Shown here piece after piece: positions 12,111 through 25,225 of a DNA stretch of 64,000 nt (its first letter is position 1; the number at the start of each line of letters is the position of its first letter). This DNA comes from Harriotta raleighana (Eukaryota), in contig JBNZDD010013726.1 in assembly GCA_050575255.1 (NCBI GenBank), forward strand, positions 10,136,618 to 10,200,617, in the 5' to 3' direction. The notes below the pieces were generated by a model. It saw nothing but the letters and a program-made list of their open reading frames with translations. It made no database searches and was not told the origin of the DNA. Position numbers and translations under genes: made by a program.

Positions 12111-15039
12111 TCCAGTTTCTTAACAATCATGTAATTTCTGTCTACTATTATCTCCATTAACTGAAATATGTTTCCTTCCTTTTCAGTTACCAGCTTCAAA
12201 ACAATGCTTATTTTTCTAGTGGAAGTGTTCTGTAAAATAAAGTAATGAACAAGGCTGACTGTATTGTTGAACTTCATCATTACCTCATCGATCATCCCTT
12301 AAATGTTCCAGGCGGATTCCTAAGCCTTCGCCACAAATTCCACCTGAGCCTTAGCCTGAAAGACCAATTTGTTCTTAACATTTAAAATTGTTCAGAATAA
12401 TAGAAAATTCTTACTTTCAATCTTAATTTGGAAGCCCATTATTTCCAAATTGAGATTGAATTTAAGATGTCAAGTGACCAACCATTGACCATTCTCCTCG
12501 GCTGAATTGGCTAAAGGTGACGTGTTTGGCAACAGATTGTCAGAATCTAGCCCACCCTCTGTGGTAGTCTCAGTAATCCAGTTCCTGAGCCAGGTCACTG
12601 CTAATACAGCCAGGCTCTTAGACAGGATTTGGAAGGCCGACGAGTCACTGGGAGCAGGGACACTTCACACTAAGCTTCTGTTAACTGTGCAAGCCAAAAC
12701 GTTCGAATGGATAATGTGGGTCTAGCTGGACAAGCATTGGGAAAGCTTGCCAGCAGTGCTTTCAATGGGAAGCTCTATATGGTTAGACTCCAGCAGTACC
12801 CCAATGCTCACCCTGGGATCTCTAAGCGGGTCTTGGCTCTTGCCCAACCTGTATCGAATATTTGCCAGAAGTAGGTAAGCAAGATTGCAACCCAACCAGG
12901 GAAAATGTGCACACACCATTCCAATATACATCTCTCAAATCTCCCATGTTCTAGGTGGGATGCATGGAACTCTCATTTTGGTTTGGATTTTAAGCATGGT
13001 GATGGGTTAATGTATGTGCTAGACACCAGGTCTGACTGCCCTCACCCCACTCCCACACTACCCACCCACCAAAAAAAAAGAAAAATCTGACGCGCTCAAA
13101 TCTGTTATGAATCATCACATTAATCACCTCAATATTTCCTGTTCTTTTTTAGATTTTCATTAGTTCACATCAACACAGGATACAACCAAAATATTATCGT
13201 ATTTGTACTTCTGCAGTTGCATTTAATATTTGGGCCTGATGCCTTTTCCAGCCTCACCATGGGCAGTTCCCCTAAACTCTTTTCCAGTTCATTCAACATC
13301 CATTTCAGCTTTACCAGGTAAAGTAATCTAGTGCCTCAGTCAATAAAAAAAAACACAATTGAGTTAGCTTATTGCTTTTTACATCATTTCTATTTATTTG
13401 CTTCATATGAAATCCAAAATCGCATCGTTATTTGCCCTACAATTTCTGGAATAAGTGAGGACTTTTAAGTCGTGCTCAGAAATAGATGTTTTGCTCACGG
13501 AAATTTGCTCTGTTTATTCCTTTGGTAAATAAGTAATAGATAAATGTAAGGATTGTGCTTGTAATTTCTTCTACTCACTGATAAATTATCCCGGATTGCC
13601 TAGCAACTGCAGGAAGTGCTGCTTGGCTAGTTAAAGTGAGACCTTGGTTTTAGATTGACTTCACTAATTGAAGGCCAAATCTGAACATAATGTTGATGCT
13701 TTCCCAATGTGGACATGCCAAGATGGTTGTAACACTGGCTAAAATAACAAAGGGGATGAAACCCAGATGTTAGTCTACGCACCACAACAGAAGACCTGAT
13801 GAAATTAATCCCATACCTCAAGGTCTGTGTTCTTAAATAGGCAGTCGTACATATTTGCGTTATTGTATAATCCATTGTATAGATATCAGCAGTCGTAAAC
13901 ATTTGAAAAGGTTTAATCCATGAACTGACCTGACTGGTCTTTTTTTCTCCATTATGAGCACAGCAATGGTGATGTACTGTAGCTGAGAAATGTTTTTCCA
14001 AGTCCCTGATCTTCAATCAAGAGTTTGGCTCCTTCCCAGGTTACTCTACCCTTGATCTCAAACTGTTTCTCTATTAGCATGGGGCCAATGGTTTAAATCA
14101 AAATGTTGAAACTCATGCTGATTCTCCTGACATCTTAAATGCTTTTGACACATTCATTTGGCAACCCTCCCTTCCTGTTCAGCTCAGGCACGTTACAATA
14201 TATGATTCCAAGTTTGCTGCCTTATTGATACACTTAAACATTTTTTTGTGTGTAACTAGTCACTGCTATGTTCCATTCCACCTCTATGTTGGCAAATAAC
14301 TCTCGGAAAAACCATCCAGCAAATTCAGTTCCACTTTGCTGGTGATGTGTTTTGATGCTCGTCTTCCAGATTTGGCCACAGTATTTTGGTATTTTTCTGA
14401 GTTAGCTTAATGTGTCTCATCATGACTAGCTGCTTACAATCCTTCCTCTTTAAAACAATCGGGAAGCTTTCCTTTGTAATCCTCAATAACACACTTGCTT
14501 ATTTAATTAGTACGGTTGTGTTGACATAATTTAAGCTGCACCACCTTTGCTTAGCCTATCCTTTTCTGCTCATATTTCAAAGTGATTTCTGTACAGTTCA
14601 GTGAAATATTTTTTTTCTGGCGCCTAAGACAATATGTTCTATGTACTCTCAATTCATTGTTACTTTATGATGTCGTGAACCCAATAACTGTTGTTCAGTA
14701 GAACTAGTTATCATTCTCCATAAATACATATTTTCAGGATTTATTTCATGGTGTTCCCTGATATTCCTTGATGATCTAATATTATTTACTCATTGTAGCA
14801 CAGCACAGCTCGATATACTTAGTTGCTTTTATTTGTGCAATCAGTCTTCCTTGAGCAAACTACTGTATATTGTTGGTTATGTGAAAAATATAACAGAAGA
14901 TTATGTAAATGTAATGAGCCAAAATGTGTCTTCAGTAACCAACCGGTAACATTAAACATTATAGATCAGCAAGATTATTTTCACCAGTCTCTACCTTTAT
15001 TAATAATGCACACCCATTCAGTCTATCGCATCAGACCCG

Positions 15040-15310
15040 ATATCATCCTTGTTAAACTACGCTGTAGTCTTTGCATTTCACTACATAGACCAGAGTTAGA
15101 CACAGTACTCCAAATATGGTCTAATCAATGGTTGATATAAATTCAACTTCACTTCCTTACTTTTATATTTGATCCATCTGTGGATAAAAGCCAAGACCTC
15201 ATTGGCCTTTGTTATAGCTTTATCTATCTGTGTAGCCAAATACAATTTCTTTATTTTTTCTGCTTTATTGAATTACTTTGCATTTTCCTACATTAAGCTT
15301 AATTTGCCAA
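15040..15310 (-). mobile_element. CR1 LINE RT C-terminal fragment
   Basis: Minus translation KANEVLAFIHRWIKYKSKEVKLNLYQPLIRPYLEYCV*LWS matches CR1 KANRMLG..RGIEYKSKEV.L.LY..LVRPHLEYCVQFWS. Confidence 0.85.
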
Positions 15311-18217
15311 CTCCTAAAAGTCAAATCAAACAGTATTTAATAAAAATTTAAGTATTGAATTTCTATTTTATAGAATATTTGCCAACATTAATAAATATTA
15401 GCTTTTAATGTTAGTCCCTCAAGAATCCTGTAATTTTCTATATCATTATAAAGGTACTATCCTTGCATACAGTTTTCTGTATACTGTATTCATTTCCATG
15501 CATCAGAAACAATCTAACTTATATTACAAATGCATTGCAGTGTTTGAAAGCTTGAAAGTTTCCCATCTGTGACCTAACTGTCCTTTCCCTGACAAAATGA
15601 TAAATCACTTGACACTGACGAGTAAAATAATAAAGGTCATTTGGAAGAATTATACAATGAAAATAAATACACACTTTTTTTTAAAAAAAAGGTGTCTTTG
15701 GTTTTCATTCATTTGTATGAAAGATTCCTAAATGTGCCTTGAATATAAATATAGCTTTTGACTTACTGCATTGGCCCAGGCTACATGATTTACGCACACA
15801 TTGAAGTTGCGCAATTTTTTTTCACGTATATAAACTCGTAACCCTGTTCACAGCTACAGATATAGAATACATACATACAGACACCAAGAAAGAAATAGAA
15901 GTGGTCTCAACCATTCATTCGCTCACAATTAATTACCAGTAAACCATAAGAACCTCGGAATTGGTGCCACATTCTGAAAAGAAGCATTCACCTATAATCC
16001 CACACAAATATAACCCTCATTAAATCTGGAATATTTAATCCCTTCCCCCTCCCGATTATTTTCAATTACACTACATTTCTGAGTGATAATAATGGTAGCT
16101 CAGCTGCTAGATGTTCCACCTCAGAGGGATTCTCTATTTAATGTCAATAAGCTCGCACAAGTACATGCAAATCACATAAATGAGCAGAAAATTGTGTTGA
16201 GGCAGTGTTGTAATGAAGCAGAGCTAAAAGTTACCTGACATATTACTGATCAAGGGGAGCTCTTCATTAAAGCTATTTCTTTCTGTGTCTCAACACAGCA
16301 TCTGAAGAACAATTTTTTTTACATTTTCCTTCAATCTACAATGAGCACAAATGTGGGGAAGTATGTCAAGTGCACTAGTGTGTTATTGCTAATGTTAAGG
16401 AGGGATCTCTTCACTGTCTTGAATTACAACGGTCTATTTTGTGATTTTTTTTTCAAATAAAATACCAGTGTTTGTTGAGCAACTCAAGAAGTACAGAGAT
16501 CCAAGATGTACGCATACATAAGCAATGTGTCATGTAGATAGAATCAGAGGATATTATTGTACTCTGTGACAGGTGCACCAATGCTATTAAGTGACTGTGG
16601 AAACCACCTTAGAATTGCAATAGGTGTGCATTCTCTCCCACAGTTTTGCTGCCTCTCCCCACTGATACTACTAACCTGTTCCAATGAAGTTGTATTACAA
16701 AGAAACGAAGAGGGGAAATTGCGGATTGTTTGATTGGATAATTATAACATACAATAAATGTTCCCCACATTATGGTTCTTGAATCTTCAGTGTGCTAATG
16801 ACTGCCATTCCTTTTATCTTTTTAGTTTCATTTATATTTTCACCCAATGTTCAAAGAATGCAGAATGTTTCATTTACAGGTATGTTTTGGGTAATTTAAT
16901 GCTATCGAATGGTTGCTTTGGATGAGTCCATTGTGTCAAGTATGAATTCCTGCAACTAATCTCATATGATTGATCAGCATTAAAATATTAGTTATCTGTT
17001 AACCAGTAAACTCACAACAAAGTGAGCACAACATATTTGATTGCATTATATATTACATATTATCTGATAAAAAATTAATCTTGTTCTATTTGTGTTTTAC
17101 AGTTACATTGAATTGGATGAAAAGTTGATGAAACCTCTTATATAAAGCAGTAAAAGGAATGTAAAAGGAATGCTCAATGTATAATTTGGGAAATATATTC
17201 CATCTCATTTGTTGAGGTCTAAATTGTGTCAATTACTTATTTCCACTGATGAGGAGTCCCTATTTGCCCCTCCACAATGTACTTTATAAAAGATCTGGTT
17301 ATGATTCACTGTAATTTACCCCCATATGTAGTATGGTGACACGCTTTGTTTAAAAGTCAATTCAAATTCAGAACGTCAGGGCAAAATCTGCAATATTTTG
17401 AGTGGATCACACAAGGAACAGGTTATAGTACACTCTAAATATTGTCCTATTATCAAAAATAGGAAAACACGATTAGCTATTCTTCGTGCAAATCAAAACG
17501 AACCTCTGGGAATTTTTTTTTTTTAGCAGCCAGTAGTGTACACAAGTCTGGCTAGATGCTCACNACAAGTCTGGCTAGATGCTCATGTTGGTATAAACGT
17601 CAGTTGTTGCTGTATATCAGGCCAGAACCTTGCAGCACAAAGGGTGAAATTTTGGTGAAATTAAGCCAGACAATGCTGCACCAAATGTGTAAAGATTTGA
17701 AACTTGACTCAGTAGTTGGTCTTGTTTTAGGTGCAGAGATCAACCAAACTAAACAAACAAGCTAAGGGAGATACATATATAGTATTATGAAAGTGGATTG
17801 GTTCAATAGTGCAGGCTCAAGACAGTCATAAAAATGCATACTATGTTAAAGTTTGTGCTATATCAGTATTTTGAAGGGAATCTATTATTTATGTTAGACA
17901 TGCTCTATGTAGTGGGAGAATCTGCAGTACTTGATCTGATTATGTGATCACATCAGATATTGCATATTTTCCCCCATAGACTCAAGATTAGTTTAGTTAG
18001 GGGAATTATTTTCTTCTTTTTCAATTATCCTGCCATTTATGTCTGAATTCCTCCCTCATTGCCGCTTCTGCACAGTTCACGTACGTGGTCAGTACAATAT
18101 GCAAATAAAACAGAATGTGTTAATATCATTAACTATCATGCCTTTGAAAGCACAAACTGCTGAGCAAACCATTTTCCAGCCCTTTTGAAGAATCAATTCT
18201 AATAGCACAGTTTAATT

Positions 18218-19386
18218 GAAACACAAGTAATTCCTGGGATGTACTTTGACGATACAGTCCCTCAATTTTTGGGACCTATATTACCACAGCTCTCAACTTA
18301 AAGAGTGATCTTCTGCCTTTTGAATCATGTGCAACTAAGTGCCCATTGTCCCATGAAGGATGAAATAATTACACACTTTTGTGATTCATTAACTGATCAA
18401 TTAATTAGAAAATAATAATTGTGCTCCCCCTTTACTCACCCAGTAGATAACATTATTTGCATCTTTCAAAATGAACGTTAATGAAATCTGGGGAATAAGA
18501 TTGCAACAAGTTGATTACGAAATTACTTTTCAGTCAATTATTAGTCATTTAGACACAGCAAACTAACCATTGCATCCCAATCCTCTAATATATTTTGGCA
18601 AACCTGTTATCAAGGAGTCACTTTTTAGACTGATTAAAAGTGGCTACATAATTAAAATGCACAGAACCATCATTAAAACCATAAAAAGTAACTTATACAA
18701 ACAGATGGCTGTTTAATTGGAATGTGTGTCAGTCTATTGCATAAATTGCCTTAAATACCACACACGGTGCAAACATACATGATAATTATTTGACCTTTTC
18801 ACTATTGATCACAGTAAATATTTGAGTGCGTAGGCAATCATTCAGGTTTAGTGAGGTCTCTATGCAGAAATGCCTTAAATCTGCGGATAAAAATGTGAAC
18901 CAAGATGGTTGCAAAATCTGACTGTTGTTTGAAGATAAAGAGTGTCAGCCTGACTGAACTGACAAATTTCGGAAATGTGTTTTTCAATTGCTTTCCCCTG
19001 TCAAAAGACACATCATCATTTGCCTCCTCTGCTGTTTTTCTTCCCCCTCCCCACTCCCCCCACCCCAAAAAAAAAAAGGAAAATGGAAACTCAGAACCTT
19101 TTCCGGTAGAAATAAGTAAAAACAAAATCTGCTCACATTTATTTTGTTTCACAACTGTGATGATAAACCATCAATTCACTCCACGCGGCCAACTAAACTG
19201 TTATGGCGGTCACTTTAAGAGAACGAAGTTAGAGCACGAAACTCCACTCGCGCGGAAAAGAACTTTAGTTGTTCCAATTCGCCCGCTGTACAACAAAATG
19301 GAACAACAATGATGTTACAAATACAGGTCCCCAAAATTTGGGGTTCTGTACAGTCAAAGTACATCCCAGGAAATCACTTGGGTTTC
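18218..19386. repeat. Long imperfect inverted repeat pair (about 65-bp arms, about 1.04-kb spacer)
   Basis: 18218-18282 gaaacacaagtaattcctgggatgtactttgac...gggacctatatt matches the reverse complement of 19320-19386. Confidence 0.85.
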
Positions 19387-20095
19387 TAATTTTAGGCCAT
19401 TTGAACTCTCACTCACAAAACACTTAGCACCTGATTTTTCCCCAGGCTGGACAATTGCGCCTACAGGTGGCCAAATATTATATTGCAGTTATTGTTCTGT
19501 TATAGGCCAGACACCATGGGACAACTGGCTTTCTCCTGTGCTGTAAATGCCTATGGCTCTAGAGGTCTTGTTGTTACCCTCATTTCTATCAAACCAATTT
19601 CATGTTAAAATTCTGCGGCTACAGTATTTAAAAGATTCCTCCTCTCCCAAGTACAGTATTAATCCCAATTTTGAAAAACATTGATTTNACAGGTGGCCAA
19701 ATATTATATTGCAGTTATTGTTCTGTTATAGGCCAGACACCATGGGACAACTGGCTTTCTCCTGTGCTGTAAATGCCTATGGCTCTAGAGATCTTGTTGT
19801 TACCCTCATTTCTATCAAACCAATTTCATGTTAAAATTCTGCAGCTACAGTATTTAAAAGATTCCTCCTCTCCCAAATACAGTATTAATCCCAATTTTGA
19901 AAAACATTGATTTCCCCCCCCAAATTAATTTCCAGTTTAATTTATTCTTAGTTACTGTATTTTGTCACCGCCAACTAGCCCATCGTCAAATCTTTTAATC
20001 CGTTCTGGCAAATCTACTATCAGCTAGTCACTTAGTCACTTTTCACATTGTTGTTGGATCTGGACTTCTGTTCATAATTTACTGCATCGTAAGTA

Positions 20096-20536
20096 CAGTA
20101 AAACCCCGTTAATCCAGTACTCACGGGACCTGGCCAGTGGCAGTTAAACAGTTTTCTGTTTGAACATTTTTATTAAAAAATATTTTTTTTAATTAAAAAT
20201 TATTTGAACACATACCATATTAAAAATAGACTAAATAATTAACAGAATATTGTATTAGTACTTTATTATTTATACTTAGCTTCACAACGGCAGCCCTCAC
20301 CCGATGGAGGTAAAAAAAAACCCGCGACTTTTAAAAGGAGCAGGAGCGAGTTTAGACTCGACTAGGGGCCAGCCGCGAGTACCTGCACTAGTATCCGCGT
20401 GCAACAGTCCATTCATTAAACGCGTCATCACTATTTGCTGGATAACTTCCGGTTCATCGAATCGGGAGTTTTTTTTGAGATGGCGGTTGAATGGGTTTTC
20501 CGGTTCATCAAGCCACAGATAAATGAGGTTTTACTG
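20096..20536. mobile_element. Tc1/mariner-pogo (Tigger-like) non-autonomous MITE
   Basis: TIRs CAGTAAAACCCCGTTAATCC and, at the other end, reverse complement CAGTAAAACCTCATTTATCT. Flanked by TA at 20094-20095 and 20537-20538. No transposase ORF. Confidence 0.8.
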
Positions 20537-23259
20537 TACCTGCATTCAGCATGTGGAGTTCAGTAGTGTGAGCTCATGTTATACAACTACAGAGCTCTCA
20601 AACCAAATGTAAGTACTATTTGTAATGACCTACACTTGCCTGGTCCTCAATTTAATACAGTAGTTTTACAACTTAGCTTCCACAAGGAGATGTGTGGAGC
20701 ACCTTTTTTTTCCAGTACTTTTACTTAATGATTTCCAATTGAAATTTCACAAGGAGACAGTAATGTAAACTATATACAGGTTTATAAAGGGCAAGGGCTT
20801 GTTCTGCACAGCAGCTGACAGACAGGTTTGAGTTTCGTTCCTCCTCACTGTGCACTATTTTTATCTAATTTTTCCTCCTTTGATACATAAAAGGATTTGT
20901 GATTATGGGTCCGTCGATTCCACTATTTAGTGAAAAGAATAAGATGTCCTTTAAGCAAAGGAATTCGCTCTTTTCCCTTTCTTATTTAACTATGTGAGTA
21001 ATGTCTCAATTTCCTGAAGGCCTGTGGTTCAAAGTCCCAGATTTATGTGTGTAATGAGAACATTAATATATCTTCTATTGCGACTTCCCATTCTGTATGT
21101 ACAGAACTAAAGTCAAATAAACAGACTAATCATGCTCCGTTATTGTAGATAGTTAGTGGCTCCCAGCATGCTGGTAATAGCATCGTTGAAGCTTGGAGCA
21201 AAACGACAGCTGAGTTGTGAGCTCTTGTTTTCAACCAAACAGCAAACAACATCGTCGGTCTGAAATTCCACCTAGTCTTAGCCAATTTTGCCTTAAACTA
21301 AAAAAAAAGTGCTCAATTTTGTTCTATCAAAGCTGTGACCTTATTTCAAAATATACCAATGAACATAGCTAATTAGACAGGAATCTGTGGGGTTTTAATA
21401 CATACTATGGAAGTGCTCTCCATTGCATAGATTGTTCAATTACCAGTGTAGGAATGTGGATCACTGTCTGCAAGGCTCCCGCACTAAACAAACAGCATCA
21501 TTCTGCCGAAAATGACAAATTCCTTTCTACTCCCAATCTACGCTCAATATCTAAGAATGAATTGTATGGAAATCGATGGAAATGTTATTCAAAATTAAAC
21601 ATTCAGTCCTTTCAAAGGTGATAACTGCAAAAAAAAACAAGGACAACCGCTGTTTTTTTTTAACCTGTATTGAATTCTACGGATTCTACAGCAAACCTCA
21701 AGCTTAATCACATATTTCTTGGAGACCGCAGAACCTTTTTTTTTTGCTAATGTATGTGTTGTGCTTAGTATAGCACTGACAGCCTTCACTGTGACAGACT
21801 GCCACCAGCACGGGGGGTCGGTTTCACCGGACTATCAGCCCATATGGCACAAGTTAAGTTCTATCTAAGCTGTGGCCTAATTATGGAGAAGATAATGAAA
21901 CCAAGTGATGCCAGTCAGACTATTTCTTCTGGTCCATTTCCGACACCCACAGTGTGACACACCTGTGCCTTTCACTGAAACCCTGTTCAGTTTATTTCTT
22001 GGCAGTTGCTGTTATATTGGCAGCCTGGGATGCAGTAAGCTCAGCCCTATTCAGGCTCGGATTAACATGAAGGGTGAAGGGCACCTAAAGAGACTTATTA
22101 TGTAGTGGAGTGAAACAAATATTCCTGCTAATGGCCAAAACCTGTCCAGAAAGCTGTGGCTGTGGAATACTTGCAGTTGTGCTTGTGGGAAAAGTCTGTC
22201 GAAATGCACTTGTGTGAAAATAGAGAAAATACGCTAACTGGAATGCATTCTTCTGCTCTCATGATCTGTGAGGATTTATATATAGCACATTGCTTCTGTT
22301 GTCAAGGAAAGCCTGTATACATACAGTAGTATGTTGTCTCTCGTTTGCAACACTGCTTTTGATGCTACTTGATGACAGTCAATTTAAAGGCTATATTTTA
22401 GGCCATATTGCACAGCAGTGTAAAAGTTATGGACATAGCATTAAAGAATTCACAGAAGCAAATAAATTCTCTAATTGGTTTTTGGTGCTGGGTGTTTCGG
22501 ATTTAAAATGCGCCCCGAACATTAAAATAGCTCTACAGGTGAGAGATTTATTTTGGGGAGTGACATTCAAAACGGCTGGTCAATCTACCATGATCGCAGA
22601 AACCCCCCACCCCACCTTTAATCTGAATTCAGTTGGTGCAGTCATTAAGTCGGCGATTGCGTTGTAACTTCTGTGTGGCCAGATGGTGTGTCAATCAATA
22701 TCCTTGTCCTCTATCGAGTTAGAGTAGCCCAAAGTGCTGAGCACCTTAGGTATCTGGGATGTCATTAAAAAAGTAACTGAACTCATGCCAGTTCAGTGTG
22801 AGATCTCTCTCTTTCTCTCTCTCTGCAGCTATCATTATTTTCCACTGTTTCTATTTCTCCCTATACAAACATTTGTTTAAAAAAAAACTTATTTTTCCAA
22901 TGTCATGCTTTTGCTATTTCCTCTCTCTATCACTTTTTCCTCTTTCCATCTACACTACTTCCCTTTACTCCATTTCTTTATCATTTCGAGCCGACTCTGC
23001 TTCTTTTTCTTTAACGAATTATATCACTTTGACTAACTCCGACTTTTTTTTCTAACTCTTATTTTTTTTCATCTTCTCATTGTCCGATTTTACTTTTCTT
23101 TTGGAAAAACTGCCTTTCTCATTTATTGACCTTTTCTTTTAATAGCTTCACATGTTCACCAGCCTAGAAGCGTTCAAATTGCCCCATTTTAGATCCCAAT
23201 TACTGAGAAAATATCAAAATTAAATCAAGAAATTAATTTTTTTCTTACCCCCCACAATG

Positions 23260-23320
23260 AGCAGTCTGGGACATTACCGTACATGAGGGGTGCTATATAA
23301 ATGCAAGTTGTTGTTGTATT
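23260..23320 (+). mobile_element. L2/SINE 3' tail fragment
   Basis: tgggacatt...ggtgctatataaatgcaagttgttgttgt. Confidence 0.6.
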
Positions 23321-23674
23321 CAACTTCATGCACTAAGTTGGCAAAATCAGAGTCATTGACGTAAACGAATAGGACATCTCAGTAGTGACGACTTTCAGGG
23401 AAACATTCATTAGGAAGGTGAATATTTTAATTGAGTTAAATTCATCATCTTAATTAGATAGTCTGGCCTCAGACAATCCTCCATTTCACACTGCTATTTG
23501 GAATTGTTCAATTTGATAATAGTTTACTGTTGCTCCAAAATGTTTACTTTCAGGGTTTTCCTAATGACTCATTCCGCAAGTGAATCATGCGGCGGTGGCC
23601 AGATCCACAGAGATTCGGAGGGTCCCAGGCACGTTGCTGAGTAAGCTGACTTCGGACAGAACAGTGATTTGATA

Positions 23675-23790
23675 TTGCCCACAAAATATACTGTATATTC
23701 ACTTTACAATATGTTCTGTGAAACGCTTTGAGATGTCTGGAAGATGTGAAAAACGCTATATCAAATGTAAGGATTATTATTTATTATTAA
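23675..23790 (+). mobile_element. 5'-truncated copy of the dominant SINE
   Basis: gcccacaaaatatactgtatattcactttac...cgctatatcaaatgtaaggattattatt. Confidence 0.8.
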
Positions 23791-25093
23791 TACTGGTAGT
23801 ATTATTATTGCATGGTTACCAAATGACTCTTGTTGAAAAGTGCACAAATCCCCCTATTATTGAATAGCCTGACAGCTTCTTCTGCATGCATAACTCCATG
23901 AAAAATAACTACTTGCTGAGGATACCAAACAGCTGGTGATGTTCATAGATTTAACACCCGGTGCCTTCATGAGAGGAAGAACCAAAATAAATTTATAGTT
24001 CCAGTTTCCTGATTGCGATACGTAGCAATAAAAACACATATCTGCCAGACATACTGAGAGCCACACACATCCAGACATTCTCTCACAACACATGAGAAGT
24101 CGAATAACTCACTAACAATCCGGCAAGTATATATAAATAAATAAATAAAACTCATTCGCAGCTTTCAATCAAACTAAGGTAGGCCACCAAAAGCGAGTGT
24201 GACATCTTTTTGTTATGGTGAGCCAAGGGAACTATGTAAATGATAGAAAACCAGCTGCTTTGCTGAACATCCACTCCAAGGTTTTGAGAGTTCACTGGTC
24301 CTATTTCAAGCCTAACCTCTATGGTCTATATATTTTGTTTTATTACAACTGAAATGCTAAATATGATTGGCGAACAAACTATCACATTGTTATAAATTAG
24401 CGTCCCTATTGTACACTAATTGACATCGCCAGGCATCAGTTTCAGCGGGCAAAATCACCACAGGCATCGCAAAGCTATAAGATAGTTAGATAGCGTAGGG
24501 TCACCAAAGAGTGAGACTGTCTGCTGTTTTTAAAGTACATTTGGTACGAGGGTGTAACAAAACAAACACTAATTGCATTTTTAAGGTTCTACAGCCTCTT
24601 GGGTTATAGAAAACAAAGCAAAAGTACACAATAATGAATGTAGCCTTCACTTTTGTCCACTATAATACATCCTTGGCCACAACTAAAAACGTAAGCAATA
24701 ATTTATCGCTGCAATCTTGCTTTTATATATATTACATACGTTATATATATATATATTTGAACTTGGTGTGCTAATGCTTCTGTAACATGCAATGAAATAT
24801 AGTCCGATATCACTGTATTCAATGATACAATGGTACTTAAATTCAAATCGCATGAGCTAATCTCAGGAGTTTTGCCTTCCACTGCTGTCAGAAAAGATAA
24901 TGTACCCAGAATCAAATAAACACAATGTCTTCCATTCCACCTGGATGTACATCGCAGAGTGCGTTTCAAGGATGTATACGAACGTCTTGGGGTCGAGATG
25001 ATGTTGATAACCACATGAGTTTTGTTGGCATAGTTTTGGAATGTCATTTGAACATCTCACTGTTTGTAATGAACACCAGTTTATGTGAGTAAC

Positions 25094-25225
25094 TCACAAG
25101 ATCACGAGATAAGTTTGGATGAAGAATGCCCTTTGGCTCATCTGATCTCATTCTGCCATTGCAGCATTAAGAGCTGTGTTTTTTTAAAAAAATGAGTTCA
25201 GTGTCCTGGCCTCAGCCAACAGGTA
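25094..25225 (-). mobile_element. CR1 3' end remnant
   Basis: cacaagatcacgagataagtttggatgaagaatgcc is shared with 9037-9080 and 38387-38620. Confidence 0.55.

Noticed and set aside
16236-16301. Minus-strand exon with CAG|GTAACT donor
   Set aside because: Stops in all three frames.
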